64,000 bases of DNA from the human T2T-CHM13v2.0 reference genome, Homo sapiens. Positions 1 through 12,549 of this stretch are shown one piece after another (the first letter of the stretch is position 1; the number at the start of each line of letters is the position of its first letter). The notes below the pieces were generated by a model. It searched no databases. It was not told where the DNA came from and was given only the letters and a program-made list of their open reading frames with translations. The stretch lies in the NCBI RefSeq assembly GCF_009914755.1, contig NC_060933.1; one strand, written 5' to 3'. Position numbers and translations under genes: made by a program.

Positions 1-1184
1 GAAGACAAGCTTCCTTCTCACCTTTCCAGTGTGTCCTGAAACCAGAAGCCCCATGACACTGGCTCCTCTTTCACTGCTCTGGGATTTCGGCTCTGGCCAA
101 GGCAGGAACACCCATGCTGCAGAGAAGCCTGAGAAGCCACTGGGACCAAGATGCAGGGAGGGTCAGCTGGGGAGAGCGATGGGATTCGTCCCAAATCAGT
201 GTCCCCATTTCTGGGCTGAGCTCAGCCTAGCACTGCTAAAGCTCAGCACCCGAGCCTTCCCACTGGCTCTGTAATTTCTTTTCAGCCCCTTGCTGAGGGA
301 CACAGGGCTATTGTGACTTTATTTCAACCACTTACTTGCTGTGTGACCTTGTACATGTCACCTGGCCTTCCTGAGCCCTCTCTCACATCCTCACTAAGGA
401 TGAAAACATCAGCACTAGTGACTAGCAGTCTTGTCGCGTTTGCCAGCTTTCAAAGCAGCACACTCACATGCATTCTCTCATTGCAACATCTCTGCAAATT
501 GTGAAGTGGGTGAGTGGGCAAGGGACATTATTATCTCTATTTTAGGGATGAATGTGACTTGGCCTCATGTTACAGCTGCTAGACTCCTGGGCTCAGGACC
601 CCTGACACTAGGACACGAAGAAGACAATAATCTCTTATCAGAGTCTCCAGGAAATGTCTGAACCAGAATCTGCAATTTTAAAGGCTTGAATATGGGGACT
701 CAGGGGGCATTTGGTTCCCACATGTTTAATGACACTTTCAGAAACTAGGCTACAGAGGGAAGTACATCCTACGATGGGCTCTGTATTCTGTTTCCAGCAC
801 AGTCTGATGTGGATTCAAATCTCAGCTCTCCTCTCTCAAAAATGCAGTAAGCTATAATCCAAATTGACTGTTGGGAGGAAAAACATGGGATTTGACAACA
901 TGGGGTTTCTCTGGGACCCTTTAGTGCCCACAATGCCTTTTCTGGTGTCCTTTTTAGATTCTGACATGTCTGTATTTCAGATGACTCATCAACTGAAGAA
1001 GTAGACCAAGGAAGTGCAGATGGGGTTCTGAGGTGGGAAAGGTCTCTTCTCATTGGGGTGGGAGGGTGAGGAGAGGAGCAGAACGAGGGAAAGAAAATAA
1101 CAGAAACAGTGTTAATGAAGATTGCTGATTTTTTAGAGAGCCGAAAAAGTAACAATGGGGGAGGTCTGAGATTTGGGGCCAGCA

Positions 1185-1390
1185 TGCAGTTGGTAGCCAG
1201 ACACATAGATTTAAGTCCCAGCACAGCCACTTACCAGCTAAGTGAGGCCAGTCCCGGATCTCTGTGGGCCTCAATCTCCTCACCTGAAACCTGGTGCAGG
1301 CAGGACCACCCCTTCGCTCCGTTGTCAAGGTCCAGATGTCCCTGGTGTCCAACAGGGCTTGACTACAGCAGGCACTTAATATGTGCTAAC
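1185..1390 (+). mobile_element. MIR SINE relic
   Basis: Degenerate MIR core: gatttaagtcccagcacagccacttaccagct...gggcctcaatctcctcacctgaaa; boundaries approximate. Confidence 0.65.
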
Positions 1391-1583
1391 TCCGTGCATC
1401 CCCCCTCCTTTTTCCTAAGTGGATTATGAATCTAGGAAATATGAAACCTCCTTTCACCCAAACAAAAACTCTGTCATCTTAGACAAATCTGATAAAATTA
1501 ATATTTAAGTTGAAAAAGTGTTCTGCATGAATGATGACCCCATTGACTTATTTTCCTCTGACCTTGCTCACCACCCCTTCCCC

Positions 1584-1584
<1 letters not shown>

Positions 1585-1632
<48 letters not shown>
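1585..1632. repeat. (AC)24 microsatellite
   Basis: 48 nt of uninterrupted AC repeats. Confidence 0.97.
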
Positions 1633-1635
<3 letters not shown>

Positions 1636-2039
1636 CCTCTCCCACCAATAAAACTAGACTGGCATGAGGAGAAAAGGCCAGGCTGTCATGATCCCAGCAT
1701 CCTGCCCACATAAACTTGGAGGCAGAACAGGCCCATATGGAGCCTCTGGGGACTGGGGTCTCTGCTGGTCCCCACAGTAGGTGCCAAGAACAGTTCACAG
1801 CCCAGCACGTGGCCGCACTGCCCACTCTGCTCCGTGAGGACAGGGCCTCGCTGTCCCCTGAAGGACTCTGGCAAAATAGCCTGCCAAAGACCTCAATCTG
1901 ATTAAAGAAAGGAAGGACATTGGAGAAAGGAAGAAATAAACGAAAGAAAAATGATGGAGAGAAGGGGAGAGAGAGAAGGAGAGAGGCCCGGTACAAGTGT
2001 GAAATCAGAAGAACAGACTGAGGATGGTGAGATGCATGT

Positions 2040-2730
2040 GAACAGTGTGACGTGGGCAACCCCCACAAATAGACCTTCTGTTAAAAATAGCCTTTGTCTA
2101 AATGTGGAAAGGGTGTAAATATAGTAGCGGTTTCGGCTTACTACGGAGCCGCCCCTGCTCCAAGTAACAGAGGCTTATTATAGGAAGCGTGCGTCAGCAG
2201 CGGGAGGGGAGGAGAGGGATAGAGAAGCCCCGGGCCGTGGGTACAGTACCCCCCAGCAGGAGGGGGGTCAGCCAGCCAGCGTAGCCCTATTGGGGGCAAG
2301 CGGCCCGGATGGCTCTGAAACGCTCTCACAGAGTTCCTCTGGGCAGAAAACTCTAGCCGAGCTGTGGGAGGAAAGGAGGAAGGAAGGGATCGCTGTGCTG
2401 AAAAGGATCTAGCCTTGTCTCGGCGATGCCGCTCACTTTCATCTGGGATTTCAGCAGGCATTGCGTCCTGTGTGCAGCAGGCTGCTCGCTCCTGGACACC
2501 GCAGGAAGTTTTCAAAGGAACCCCCTGGAACGACCAGCCTGCAGGCAAGCCGGTTTCCTCAGCCCTGAGCACAGAGGACAAACGTCTAGAAAATCAGTGG
2601 AAAGTGCCGGAAAGGAGTTTGATTCAAGTTTTTTGTTTTTGTTTTTGTTTTTGTTTTTAAGACCGGGTTTTCATGTCTGTGTCTCTGGTATCACGTGCTA
2701 AGTAGGTGCCTGGGGCACAGTGGCGGGACT
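2040..2730. promoter_or_regulatory. CpG-enriched candidate promoter/enhancer
   Basis: About 29 CpGs in 700 bp in an otherwise CpG-poor window. Motifs: TGACG 2048-2052, MEF2 TTAAAAATAG 2081-2090, GC box CCGCCCC 2149-2155, TGCGTCA 2190-2196, ATTGG 2289-2293, ETS CAGGAAGT 2502-2509, E-box CACGTG 2692-2697. Confidence 0.6.
2628..2658. repeat. (GTTTTT)n simple repeat
   Basis: About 5 copies of GTTTTT. Confidence 0.85.
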
Positions 2731-3379
2731 CCTGAGCTGGACAGCTGGGAGTTGCTGCAGGCGCTGCCTTCCAGTATGATGCATGACCAAGGCAACAAAA
2801 CTGTTTTGGGAAGCTCACTGCTCTGCTTTCTGCAGCTACAGAGATGGCCAAGGGTTGAGTGCCCATGTGGGTGTTAAGACCTACTCCTGCCTGTGTGTCT
2901 CCCCTCCAAGCCTTTGGGGGCCCTCATTATCCCCTAGTCTGTCACCCTTTAACCCAGTGCCCTCTCCTCCCAGCCCAGGACATGTGCATGCATGCATCAC
3001 TATCCACACATACGCCCAACACACATACATGCACTCATGCACACCCACATTCAATTCGGGCCCTGCGGCCCTTTCCAGCAGTAGCCCTCACACTAGCGGC
3101 CCTGGCGTCCCACCCTGGCCCTGCGCTCTCATGGAGTCCCTTCATCTGCTCTGCCCCTGCCCTCTGGCTCATCACTAGCCTTGAGCTTGCCTCTTGGATG
3201 TAAGGCAAACCTGGCTCCTCCAAGTGGATCTGCACTTCTCCTCGGATATGATTTGGGCTTGTGTGCTTGTGCTGCCCCTCAAGCCAGCCTGGGTGACCGC
3301 CTCACTGCTCACGCCCCAGACTGAATGCCAATGCCCTTATCATGTTTCACTGACCTGCTCCTCAGGACTGATCTTCAAC

Positions 3380-4086
3380 CTGTCAGCTACTCCCCAGCAT
3401 CATCCAAACTGCTCTGAAAACCACCTTTCCAAAATGCAGAGCCAGCAGTGTCACTGCCCCACTCAAAATGCTCTCAACAGCTCCCCACTGCCTGTAAGAT
3501 AAAGTTCAAACCTTGGAAGGCCCGACTTGACCCCCATCTGCTTTTCCAGCTGTGTCACCTGCTACCCTACCCTATCCTATACGGTGCCTACACAGGGTCT
3601 GAAGGTGGGTGATTACACTCGGGAATCTCCCCCTTCATGCCTTTGCAGGGACCATGCTGTTTCCTTAGGCTACAATACTTCTCCTCCAAGTCTCTGCACA
3701 TCAGGATCCTACCCATCCTTCAGGGCCCCAGTTCCAGAAGGCTGCCCACTTCTTCTAGGAAGCCTTCTTGGATCTATCTCCCCTCCCACAGCAACTACCT
3801 TTTATTTTTTTTTTCACACCTTCTGCAAACCCAAGTCATTTTTGTATATTTGGAAAATGAATCAAGAGGCCCACTACTGCATCTGGGTGTGGTGCCCTCC
3901 CCTGCCTTCCAACAGAGCCTGCAAGTCCCTCCACCACCAGAATGCTTGTTACTCTGTGTTGGAGTTGCCTGTTTATCCAACGGTCTCCCCACTGGAGTCT
4001 AACTTCTTAGGGAAGGGTCTGGATGACCTTGTTCAGGCCATATCCCCAGTGCCTAGCACAGCACCAGGCTTATTACACTAAATGAA
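3380..4086 (+). mobile_element. L2 LINE 3' region (fragmented)
   Basis: L2-like segments tgtcactgccccactcaaaatgctctcaacagctccccactgcc...ataaagttcaaacc and the 3' end tatccccagtgcctagcacagcaccagg. Confidence 0.7.
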
Positions 4087-4111
4087 CTGGGCCTCCAGGG
4101 CTGTATACTTC

Positions 4112-4467
4112 TGCTATGTAGTGAATGTTTGCATTCCTCCCAAATTTATGTTGAAACCCTAATCCCCAGAGTAATAGTTTTTGGAGATGGGGCCTTTGGG
4201 AGGTAATGAGGTGATGAGGACAGGACCCTCGTGGTGGGATTAGTGCCTGTATAAAGAGCGACAGGAGAGAGTGTGCTTCCTCTCTCTGCTCTCCGCCATG
4301 TAAAGACACAGCAAGGAGATGTCAAGCCAGGGCCCTCCCCAGAATCCAACCATGCTGGCACACTCAACATGCACTTCCCAGCTTCCAGAACCATGAGAAC
4401 TAAATTTCTGTGATTTCATCTACCCAGCCTAGAGTATTTGTTATAGTGGCTGGAGCTGACAAAGACA
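4112..4467 (+). mobile_element. MaLR solo LTR, MLT1A-type, complete
   Basis: Runs TGCTATG...AAGACA (TG..CA), 356 bp, with perfect 5-bp TSD ACTTC (4107-4111 and 4468-4472). Confidence 0.9.
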
Positions 4468-4584
4468 ACTTCCTTACCTTTTCCAGATGTTCCCATCTGT
4501 TTTCAGGCCCCTCTGCTATTTTCTGCTGACCCTGCCATTGGCGCTGATACTGGTGCAAGAGCCACTTGGGTACAATCCTGAGAT

Positions 4585-4780
4585 GATGGGCTTGGAGTCA
4601 GAAGAACTAGGTGAGAGTTTCAGCTGTGCCTCTTACCTGCCTGCCAGTGGGCAATTCATTTTTCCTCTCCCAACAGTCTTCTCAGCCATGAAAAGAAGTG
4701 ACAGCAGTCACTGCATGGGGTTGCTGTGAGGACTAAGTGAGAGTGTGGAGCTGAAATCCTCTGACAAACTGTGCAGTGCT
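4585..4780 (+). mobile_element. MIR SINE relic
   Basis: ggcttggagtcagaagaactagg...ggggttgctgtgaggactaagtga, MIR-like. Confidence 0.6.
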
Positions 4781-5314
4781 CTTCAGATGTCGGGACCTTT
4801 GTTGCAGCCCTCACCTACTCTCCACCTCGGCTGTGCTTTGGAAACCTGCCCAGGCACCAGCTATGTCGACTCCCGCTGCCATTCAGGCCCATAAGGATAT
4901 CCCAGAAAATAATTTTGCCACCTCTCTATGTTAACAGCTCGAAATCTCCAGACACTTCTGATTACCAGGATTTTGAGTACATGACGGTTTTCTTCCTCAA
5001 AATTCTTAAATAGCAAAAAGGCTTGAATGACAGTCAGGACTGGCAGAAGTTGGACTGTCATTGTGAACCAAGGAAGGAGGCTGCAAAAGGAAATGGGAAG
5101 AAAGTGGATATGCTGATAGCCAGGCTGGTGCTCTTCCAGGTAAGTCTACCTGCCCTGGCCCCAGGCGGCCCTGTCCTGGGCTTGGCTGGTCCTGCAGGTT
5201 CCCAGGATACAGCAGAACTAGTGGATGGCCTGGAAAGCAAGTATTTAGGCAGATCGTATCTTCTGCCTGGAGAGAATGTGAATACTGTGGAAAGAGCCAG
5301 GCCATGAATTCTGC

Positions 5315-5495
5315 AGAGCCCAGCTCCAGTTCCTATTCTGTCCCCTTACTAACAGGGTACATTGAGCAAGTCTCCTAATCCATTAGACCCTCAGTTCTTC
5401 ATTGCTAAATAGAAATCATTTTGATGAGAATCAAAATCAAATGTGACCATTTATGAAAATTGTATGCATAGTACCTGTGATCAATAAATGGCAAT
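5315..5495 (+). mobile_element. MIR SINE relic
   Basis: ttgagcaagtctcctaat...cctcagttcttcattgctaaat...tcaataaatggc. Confidence 0.6.
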
Positions 5496-6586
5496 TGAAA
5501 CTAATTCTAAATCTATTTCTCCAGACTAGTATTTCATGCTGCTAGGAAACAAGCAAAGACAAGTGATTTAGAAAACTAAGGTGCTGGGGTAGATATTTTT
5601 TCTTTAATACCTCTCAATCAGGACAAAACAATTTCCACCAGTTGGGCTGAAAAACTTGCCATGGGAGCAAGGATTCTGGGGGAAGGCCAAGAAAGTGGAT
5701 CACTGTTTGATTATACTAGAAGAATAAGAGACTCAAATTGCTTAGGATCTCCAAAATTTGTCTTTGTAGCCCATTAAATAGAAATTCTTACAGCTAGGAT
5801 ACAATATATGTTTTTAGATGACACACATTAATAGGATTACATTTTGTAGTGTGGGGGCTTCTGGCAGAAATACTTTTCACCAGTCACCAATCCATAATCA
5901 ATCTATACTTCTCCAGCTATATTCCCCTCCCCATCTGAATCTTTTTTCTATATGCACACGTATGTGCTTTCATGCAACACATAGTCATATGAGTAGGTGG
6001 GATGGGGGTGGGTGGAAGAAAGGACAAGAGCTGAAACTTTGAAGGAAGACATTTCTGTTCAAACCATGGCTCTACCTTGTGTTATCTGAGTGGCATGTTG
6101 GGGAAAACATTTAAGCTGAAACAAGGATTGTGCCTACAAAACTACCTGCTTATCTACCTCAAAGATGGTTGTAAAGATCAAAGATACTGTGTGCAAAATG
6201 CTTATGTAGTGCTAATGGGCTAATGGTATTGTTGCATAAATTCACAACATGCATACACGTAGATATAAATGCTCATCTATATATACAAATATACTGTTCA
6301 TATGCGTGCACACTGACAAAGAAGCATGCATTCCTACATACACGCACATTCAAATGCAGAATGGAACAATGCCTGTGCACCTTTGCTACATAATCTAATT
6401 GAGATGTAGAAAATATATTTTTTTCCTAGGGGTGGTATTCTAAGACATCATTGAACCTGAGTTCCTATAATGTTCTGGGTAAGAGGACCATGGATGTGGG
6501 GTACAAGGCTTCTGAAGTAGAGGTGTGGGTCTGAGGCCAAGTACCTGATGTGGATGTTCAAGCAAAAGACATCAGGATTGGGTAGG

Positions 6587-7000
6587 TGTGGTGGCCATAA
6601 GAATATGTCTCCTGAAGAGAGAGTTCAGTTGATCATGGCCTCCAGCTGCTTGCACCCATATTTATGTAGAGGCCACTCTTCCTGTTGGCTGCTTCTAGAC
6701 AATCAGCAACTGAGTGTGGCAGGGATACTAAGGCAGACCTGTCTCCAAGAAACAGGGAACTTCTCTGATAGGTGACTTTGGCTTGAGGACTCTCTGATGG
6801 CCTTGCTATAGGCAGTCTAGGAGCTTCCACCCAAACTTGCTTCCCTCCCTCCTGCACTTAGGTCAGACTTGCATCAAGGTGTGATGGCTCTCCCAGCCTT
6901 TCCTCTCTTCTAGCCTCTACCAGCTCCCTCCCCATTTTTATCTCACAGATGTTTCCCCTAGTAAAATCCTCTGTATTGTCCATCCTGTCTTGGTGTCTGC
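6587..7000 (+). mobile_element. ERVL LTR16-family solo LTR
   Basis: 5' tgtggtggccat, internal gcctccagctgc, 3' agtaaaatcctctg...atcctgtcttggtgtctgc; resembles LTR16A/B. Confidence 0.65.
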
Positions 7001-7239
7001 ACTGAAGGGGAGTGTAAAATCCCAGGTCACAGAAAGAGCCCAGATAACCTGCACATCCACTCTGTGAGGCAGGGCTTCTGAGCCTTCTTCCAAGGTGAGC
7101 GAGTAGGTTTGACAAGCTCTATGACTTTCCCAAGCTCATAAGATTAGAAAGCAGCAGAGCCTGGTCTGGAACCCAAGCTTTCTGATCCCCAAATCCCTGT
7201 TCTCTTCTGCTTTGCACTGTCCACTGAGCACTTTCCCAA

Positions 7240-7420
7240 CAGTCTTCACAAGCTTCCTATCATATCCACAATTTTCCCTGTGAAGAGGCAGTGCAAGCTC
7301 ACCACTCCCATTTTGAAAATGAGAAGCTGAGAGTCAGAAAGGCCAAGTCAATTGCCCAAGGTCATTGGTTAGCAAGTGACAGGGCAGGTATTTCAACCCA
7401 ATTCTCCTGCCTCCCAACCC
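7240..7420 (-). mobile_element. MIR SINE relic
   Basis: cccattttgaaaatgagaagctgagagtcagaaaggccaagtcaattgcccaaggtca is an antisense MIR core. Confidence 0.75.
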
Positions 7421-8194
7421 AGGTGGGCACCATTTATCACCCTCCATGCTACTTTAGCTCCTGCAAGAAATCTGGGAGTTGCCTGCTCCACCTGCCTGCC
7501 ACTCCCCACAAATTCAATGTTCCCCCTCTTCCTAGAAGCACAGGCCCTGGGGTCGGGGGGTCCTGGCTGTGCCCAGTATGCAGGGGCCTGGGGTCCAGCC
7601 CAGGGATGTGGGGAGAAGCCGCTACTTGCCACGGTTGGAAACCCACTGCTGAGCCTCCTTCCTTTTAGCTTGAAAGTGCTCTAGAGTTTCTGAGCTCACA
7701 ATGCATCTCTTTGGAAGTCTGCCCTCCCAGGGTTGCCATGGTGACTATTTTGGTACTGCATGCTAGAAAAAGCCGAGGCACCTGCTGGTCACACCACCAA
7801 AACTTGTCTCTCTGAAAAATCAGCAGATGGCATTTGTCAGAAATTCCTACTTCTTGATTAATTTGGGAAAAAGAAGAGTGTGTGGCAGTGCTGATATCCT
7901 TTAACCTGGACCGGGCGTGTTGGTGTTTCAGGGAGGATGTGAAAAGCTGTGCACAGACCCCATGACCTTCTTCTGAAGTGGTGGGTCATTTAGTTTTCCC
8001 AGAGAGGCAAAGAAGTTTGGTGATTTGGAGCCTAGTAAATGAAAACAAGAGAAAGACCATGATGTTGCTTTTGTATTAAGAAGAGTTGAAATTTCAAGGC
8101 CAGTTCTGAAGAGGCCTATACCCCACTTCTAGTAACTTCCATGAGTTCTCAAATATGCCTCAGGTTGGGTCCAGCTTTTAATTAGAGGGACGTG

Positions 8195-8375
8195 TTGAAA
8201 TCACAAGTTAGATTCAAATCCCAGTTCTGCCACCTATTAATTGTGTGAACTTGGACAGGTCCCTCAGCCCATCTATACCTCAGTTTCCTCATCTGTTAAA
8301 CAGTGATAATAAAAACATTTACCTCATAAAGTTGTCAAGAGGATTAAATGACATAGCTATTGTTGTTATTGTTAT
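8195..8375 (+). mobile_element. MIR SINE
   Basis: ttcaaatcccagttctgccac...cctcagtttcctcatctgttaaa...aggattaaatga. Confidence 0.8.
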
Positions 8376-9809
8376 TGACTAGAATTAAATCTAGGCATGG
8401 AGAAATTAGCAAGTCCATATGCTCATATAGTTTTACATACAACTTTGCAACTATGCTTCTGAAAGTAAATCAATTAATTTCACTGTCTCAGTCTAAGCAG
8501 TGATATTACAGTTGGAGCAACATTAAAAAATACAACAAAAACTTCTGGTGCACATTGTACCATGTGTTTCTACCTTACTCGTTATCTTGTTCTGCTTCCC
8601 TTTTCACAGTTTGCAATACTATTTGTTCCCAGTGTTACTTAGCAAACTTTGACTGAACTGGTTCCCTAAGCATGCATTGACTACCACCTCTGAATTTTGG
8701 GCCAGGCACTTAAAAGAGTTTTCTGCAGAAGGAATTATGTAGTTTACTGCTTTTCTTTCACCTGTTGGTTCTCTATGAGGAATGAGCCTCAAGTTCCCCA
8801 CTGGCAATTTTGTTCTATCACAAGTCCTGGTAAGTCCTGGCTGACAAATTCTGGGTACTCTCCTTTCCTGTGGCCATATCAGACATTGCTAATCAATCAG
8901 CATTCTTCTTGCTGAATTTTGAAGAACCTGGGAACCTTCCAGAAGTCAGTGCTCAAGGTAGCCACTGCTAATTGATCAGAGGGCAGAAAAGGAAATGTAT
9001 TTGTCATCCTCATTGTAGGGGAAAAAACCCAGGAATGGATTAATTCTAATCCCAGTTCTGCCTTTAACTAGCTGTATGAACTTGAACGAATCATTTCCTT
9101 CTCTGGGGCTCAGTTTCTATATTTGGAACAAGTTGAATAATCTTTAATTCTTTCTAGTTCTCAGTCTCCACACTTTACCATGCTCCCTATTCCCCGCCAC
9201 ATGTACACACATTCTCCCATCAGGTGGGCTCCCAGCACCCAACGCAGGCTCTGATCTGTTCCTTTTCTGGGACTTATCCAAATGATCAGATTTTATCAAA
9301 CATCCTGGGATGGCCAAGGGCCAAAGAAAACATTTTCAGATGCTTAGAATTACCAAATCACAGCATTTCTGCTATGAAAGTTGCCTTAGAGCACAATGAG
9401 CTGAATCCTCCATGTTAAAGACGAGCAAACTAGAAAAAGAGAAGTTCAGTGACTTCCTTGAGGTCACACAGCAAGTCAGCAGGTTGATTTGGCCCCTGTT
9501 TGGGGACCTATCCAATCTGAGGCCAGGCATTGTCCTGAATCTTGAGAAAGTTCATAAGGATCCTAGCTAAGAGCAAGCCAGAGAAGATGCTGGCCACCTG
9601 GGTGCTCTGAAAGCCTGAAGGGTCCTGGTGGGATGGGGGCTGCACACAGCTGGAAGTGGCTGAGGAACACTTGCTGGGGGTCCAAGCCTGTACAATGTGA
9701 CTTGAGGAAGTCTTGGCCCCTGTCTGGGCCTCTGGTCTCAGCTGTATAAAGAGGTGGATTGTACAATCACTGGTCCTCAAGCCAGGCTAAGCAGCACAAT
9801 ACTTGGAAA

Positions 9810-9940
9810 GCTGACGACAACAACAACAAAATGCAGTCTAGATGCCACAGCCCTAAAGATTTCAATTCCATTGGTCTAAGTAGGCTTCCATATCTGTACT
9901 TGTATAAAAAGCCTCATTGGTGGTTTGAATCTATAGCCAG
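9810..9940. mobile_element. MER5-like hAT-Charlie MITE fragment
   Basis: aaaatgcagtctagatgccacagccctaaagatttcaattccattggtct...ggtggtttgaatctatagccagg. Confidence 0.45.
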
Positions 9941-10375
9941 GTACAGTGAGTTGAATGGTTACCCTCCTCCGGAAAAAAAAAAAAAAGTACCATGTCCTAA
10001 TCCCCAGAACCTGTGACTATTACCTTATATGGAAAAAGGATCTTTGCAGATGTGAAGGATCTTGATATGAAGAAGATCATCCCAAATTATCTGGTGGGCT
10101 CTAAATCCAGTGCCAATGTCCTTATAAATGTAAGGCAGAATGAGATTTAGCACAGAGAGGGAGGAGAAGGAGGCACTGTGATCAGAGAGGCAGAGATTGG
10201 AGCAATTTGGCCACAAATCGAAGAATGTCTACAGCTCCGGAGCTGGAAGAGGCAAAAAATGGATTGTCCCCTACAGCCTCCAGAGGGAGGGCAGCACTGC
10301 CAACACCTTGATTCTGGACTTCTTGTCTCCAGAAATGTAAAACAATAAATTTCTGTTGTTTTCAGTCACTCAGTC
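9941..10375 (+). mobile_element. MaLR LTR, MLT1C/D-type (3' end missing)
   Basis: gttgaatggt...catgtcctaatccccagaacctgtga...ttgcagatgtg...caataaatttctgttgttt. Confidence 0.85.
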
Positions 10376-11050
10376 ACGTGCCCTGGGCTTTATGAATCAG
10401 ATATGCCCAGGGAAGAGTGTAGTTTAGAAGTGGACCAGGAGGAAGGGGGCTGCCCAGAACCCACCTTTTGGCCCAAGCAGCCCTGGAGACCTGCAGCTTT
10501 GTGGGTGTCAGAGCCTGAGGTTCTGGTGCTGCTGAGAGCTCAGCATCATTCGTGAAAGCCGTAGAGTCTATGCCAAGGTGGGGTCTTCAAAGGTGTGATC
10601 TCACTGCGTGGTTTGGGCACTTTTTCTGGCTGGCTACCTTTAAGCTGGACTCTTTGGCTATCCTGGAGATTCCTTTGAAAGGAAAGGGAATTCTAAATGT
10701 AAACGCCACCTCACAGACACTTGTTAAGTGTCTCTTCTCCTCCTCCCTCCTGCCTCTCTCCTCTGCCACGTCTGTCAAACTCCTCAGGGCAGTGCATCAT
10801 TCTAAGCATTGTGGGACCCGTGAACAGGGATATATTGGATCTAAGTTCCCACAAAATGGCACTGATTGCTTGAAGATGCTTAGAGTCCCTGCTCCTCTGT
10901 GGGAAGGGGTGAGACTCTCCAGGATTGCTGAAGGCTGCCAAGATAGAGTCAGGGAAGGTGCAGATATTCCTTCAGCTCCTCTCCTCTCACCTGCCCTGTT
11001 CTAGAGTTTAAATTTCAGTAAGAATAAGTAGGGGAATTTTCACTGGCTCA

Positions 11051-11404
<354 letters not shown>

Positions 11405-11724
11405 TTATTTCCAAGCTGACTGCCCTGTTGTTTCCCTAGACACCTCTTTGGAAAGGTTTGTGCTTTGCAGCAAGCTCACTTGTTCTGAAGGACCTTCAAT
11501 GCAATGGCAAAGTGGTTATGGATAATCCAAAAACAAATGAGCAAAAAGGGTAGGAGGAGAAACAAAGAGCAGCATTAGCAAAGGAGAGGTGAAAGACATC
11601 TGGTGTTAGTCCTCCTTACCCAAACTCCACAAATGGCCATTGTCTGTACAAGTCATCTGGCCATGAACCCCTGACCAGTGGGGGTAGTGTGGGGGGGTGG
11701 CAGTGGTGGTGGTAGAGGGAGCAG

Positions 11725-11850
11725 GGACTCAGACAGACCTGAGTTCAGGGACCAACTCTGGCTTCTGCATCAGATATGAAATCCAGGCCATTTAGGCAGA
11801 TTCTCCTTCCTCTCTGAGCCTCGATTTTAAAATTTCTTATATTTTATGTA
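11725..11850 (+). mobile_element. MIR, 5' part (resumes at about 12984-13065)
   Basis: cagacagacctgagttcagg...ctctctgagcctcgatttt; the 3' continuation cttacctcacatagtttttgtcaggaccaaatg follows the two MITEs. Confidence 0.55.
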
Positions 11851-11854
11851 TACC

Positions 11855-12527
11855 CAGTCTGCCTTGTATTGTTATTATTTGCAGTCATTGTGTTCTAAAA
11901 AGCCTCCGGGAACACTGCACTGGCAGATACTGAACCACTGCTCAAAGGGGAAATAACAGGGTTAGGTTCCAGTGAGCCTCTGGTTACAATTCTGTCAATA
12001 ATAAAACCTAATAATGTGTGCGTTTCTGTTTAAAGACATCTTATTTAATATTATTGCTGATTCATTGATATTGAACTCACCTGTTTAAAGATAGCTTATT
12101 TAATATTACTGCTGATTCATCGACACTGAACTCATGGCCAGCAGCACTGTAACTGACGCCTGAACGAAGCGTTTCTACCACAGCTGTTTTCTCTGTAAGG
12201 AGCATCACAGCCTCCCTGGGCTTACTTCAGTGCTATGCTGGGGGACCATTTGAAACAGTGAAATACCAAACAAAAAAGCACAAAAATGTGAAAAATGTGG
12301 TACCGAGTAGACCACAAAAGGACACTTGTTTATAGTGTGAGAGCTGAAACAAGGAGGCAGAGTGTCGCCTTGTTTGACCTCAGCTGGGAATGTGCACATT
12401 GGGTGGCTGCAATTTTTTGCCATTCTGCTCACAGCAAAAGTGCTGCATGTATTGATTTGGGGGTTAAAAATTAATCTTAATGAGTAGGCAGATTTGCAAA
12501 TATAGAAATTATGATTAATGTAAACTG
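11855..12527 (-). mobile_element. TcMar-Tigger non-autonomous element, MER82-like
   Basis: CAGT...ACTG termini followed by TA; diagnostic antisense segments gagagctgaaacaaggaggcagagtgtcgccttgtttgacctcagctggga and gtaggcagatttgcaaatat. Confidence 0.75.
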
Positions 12528-12549
12528 TATATAAATATAAATATATATT

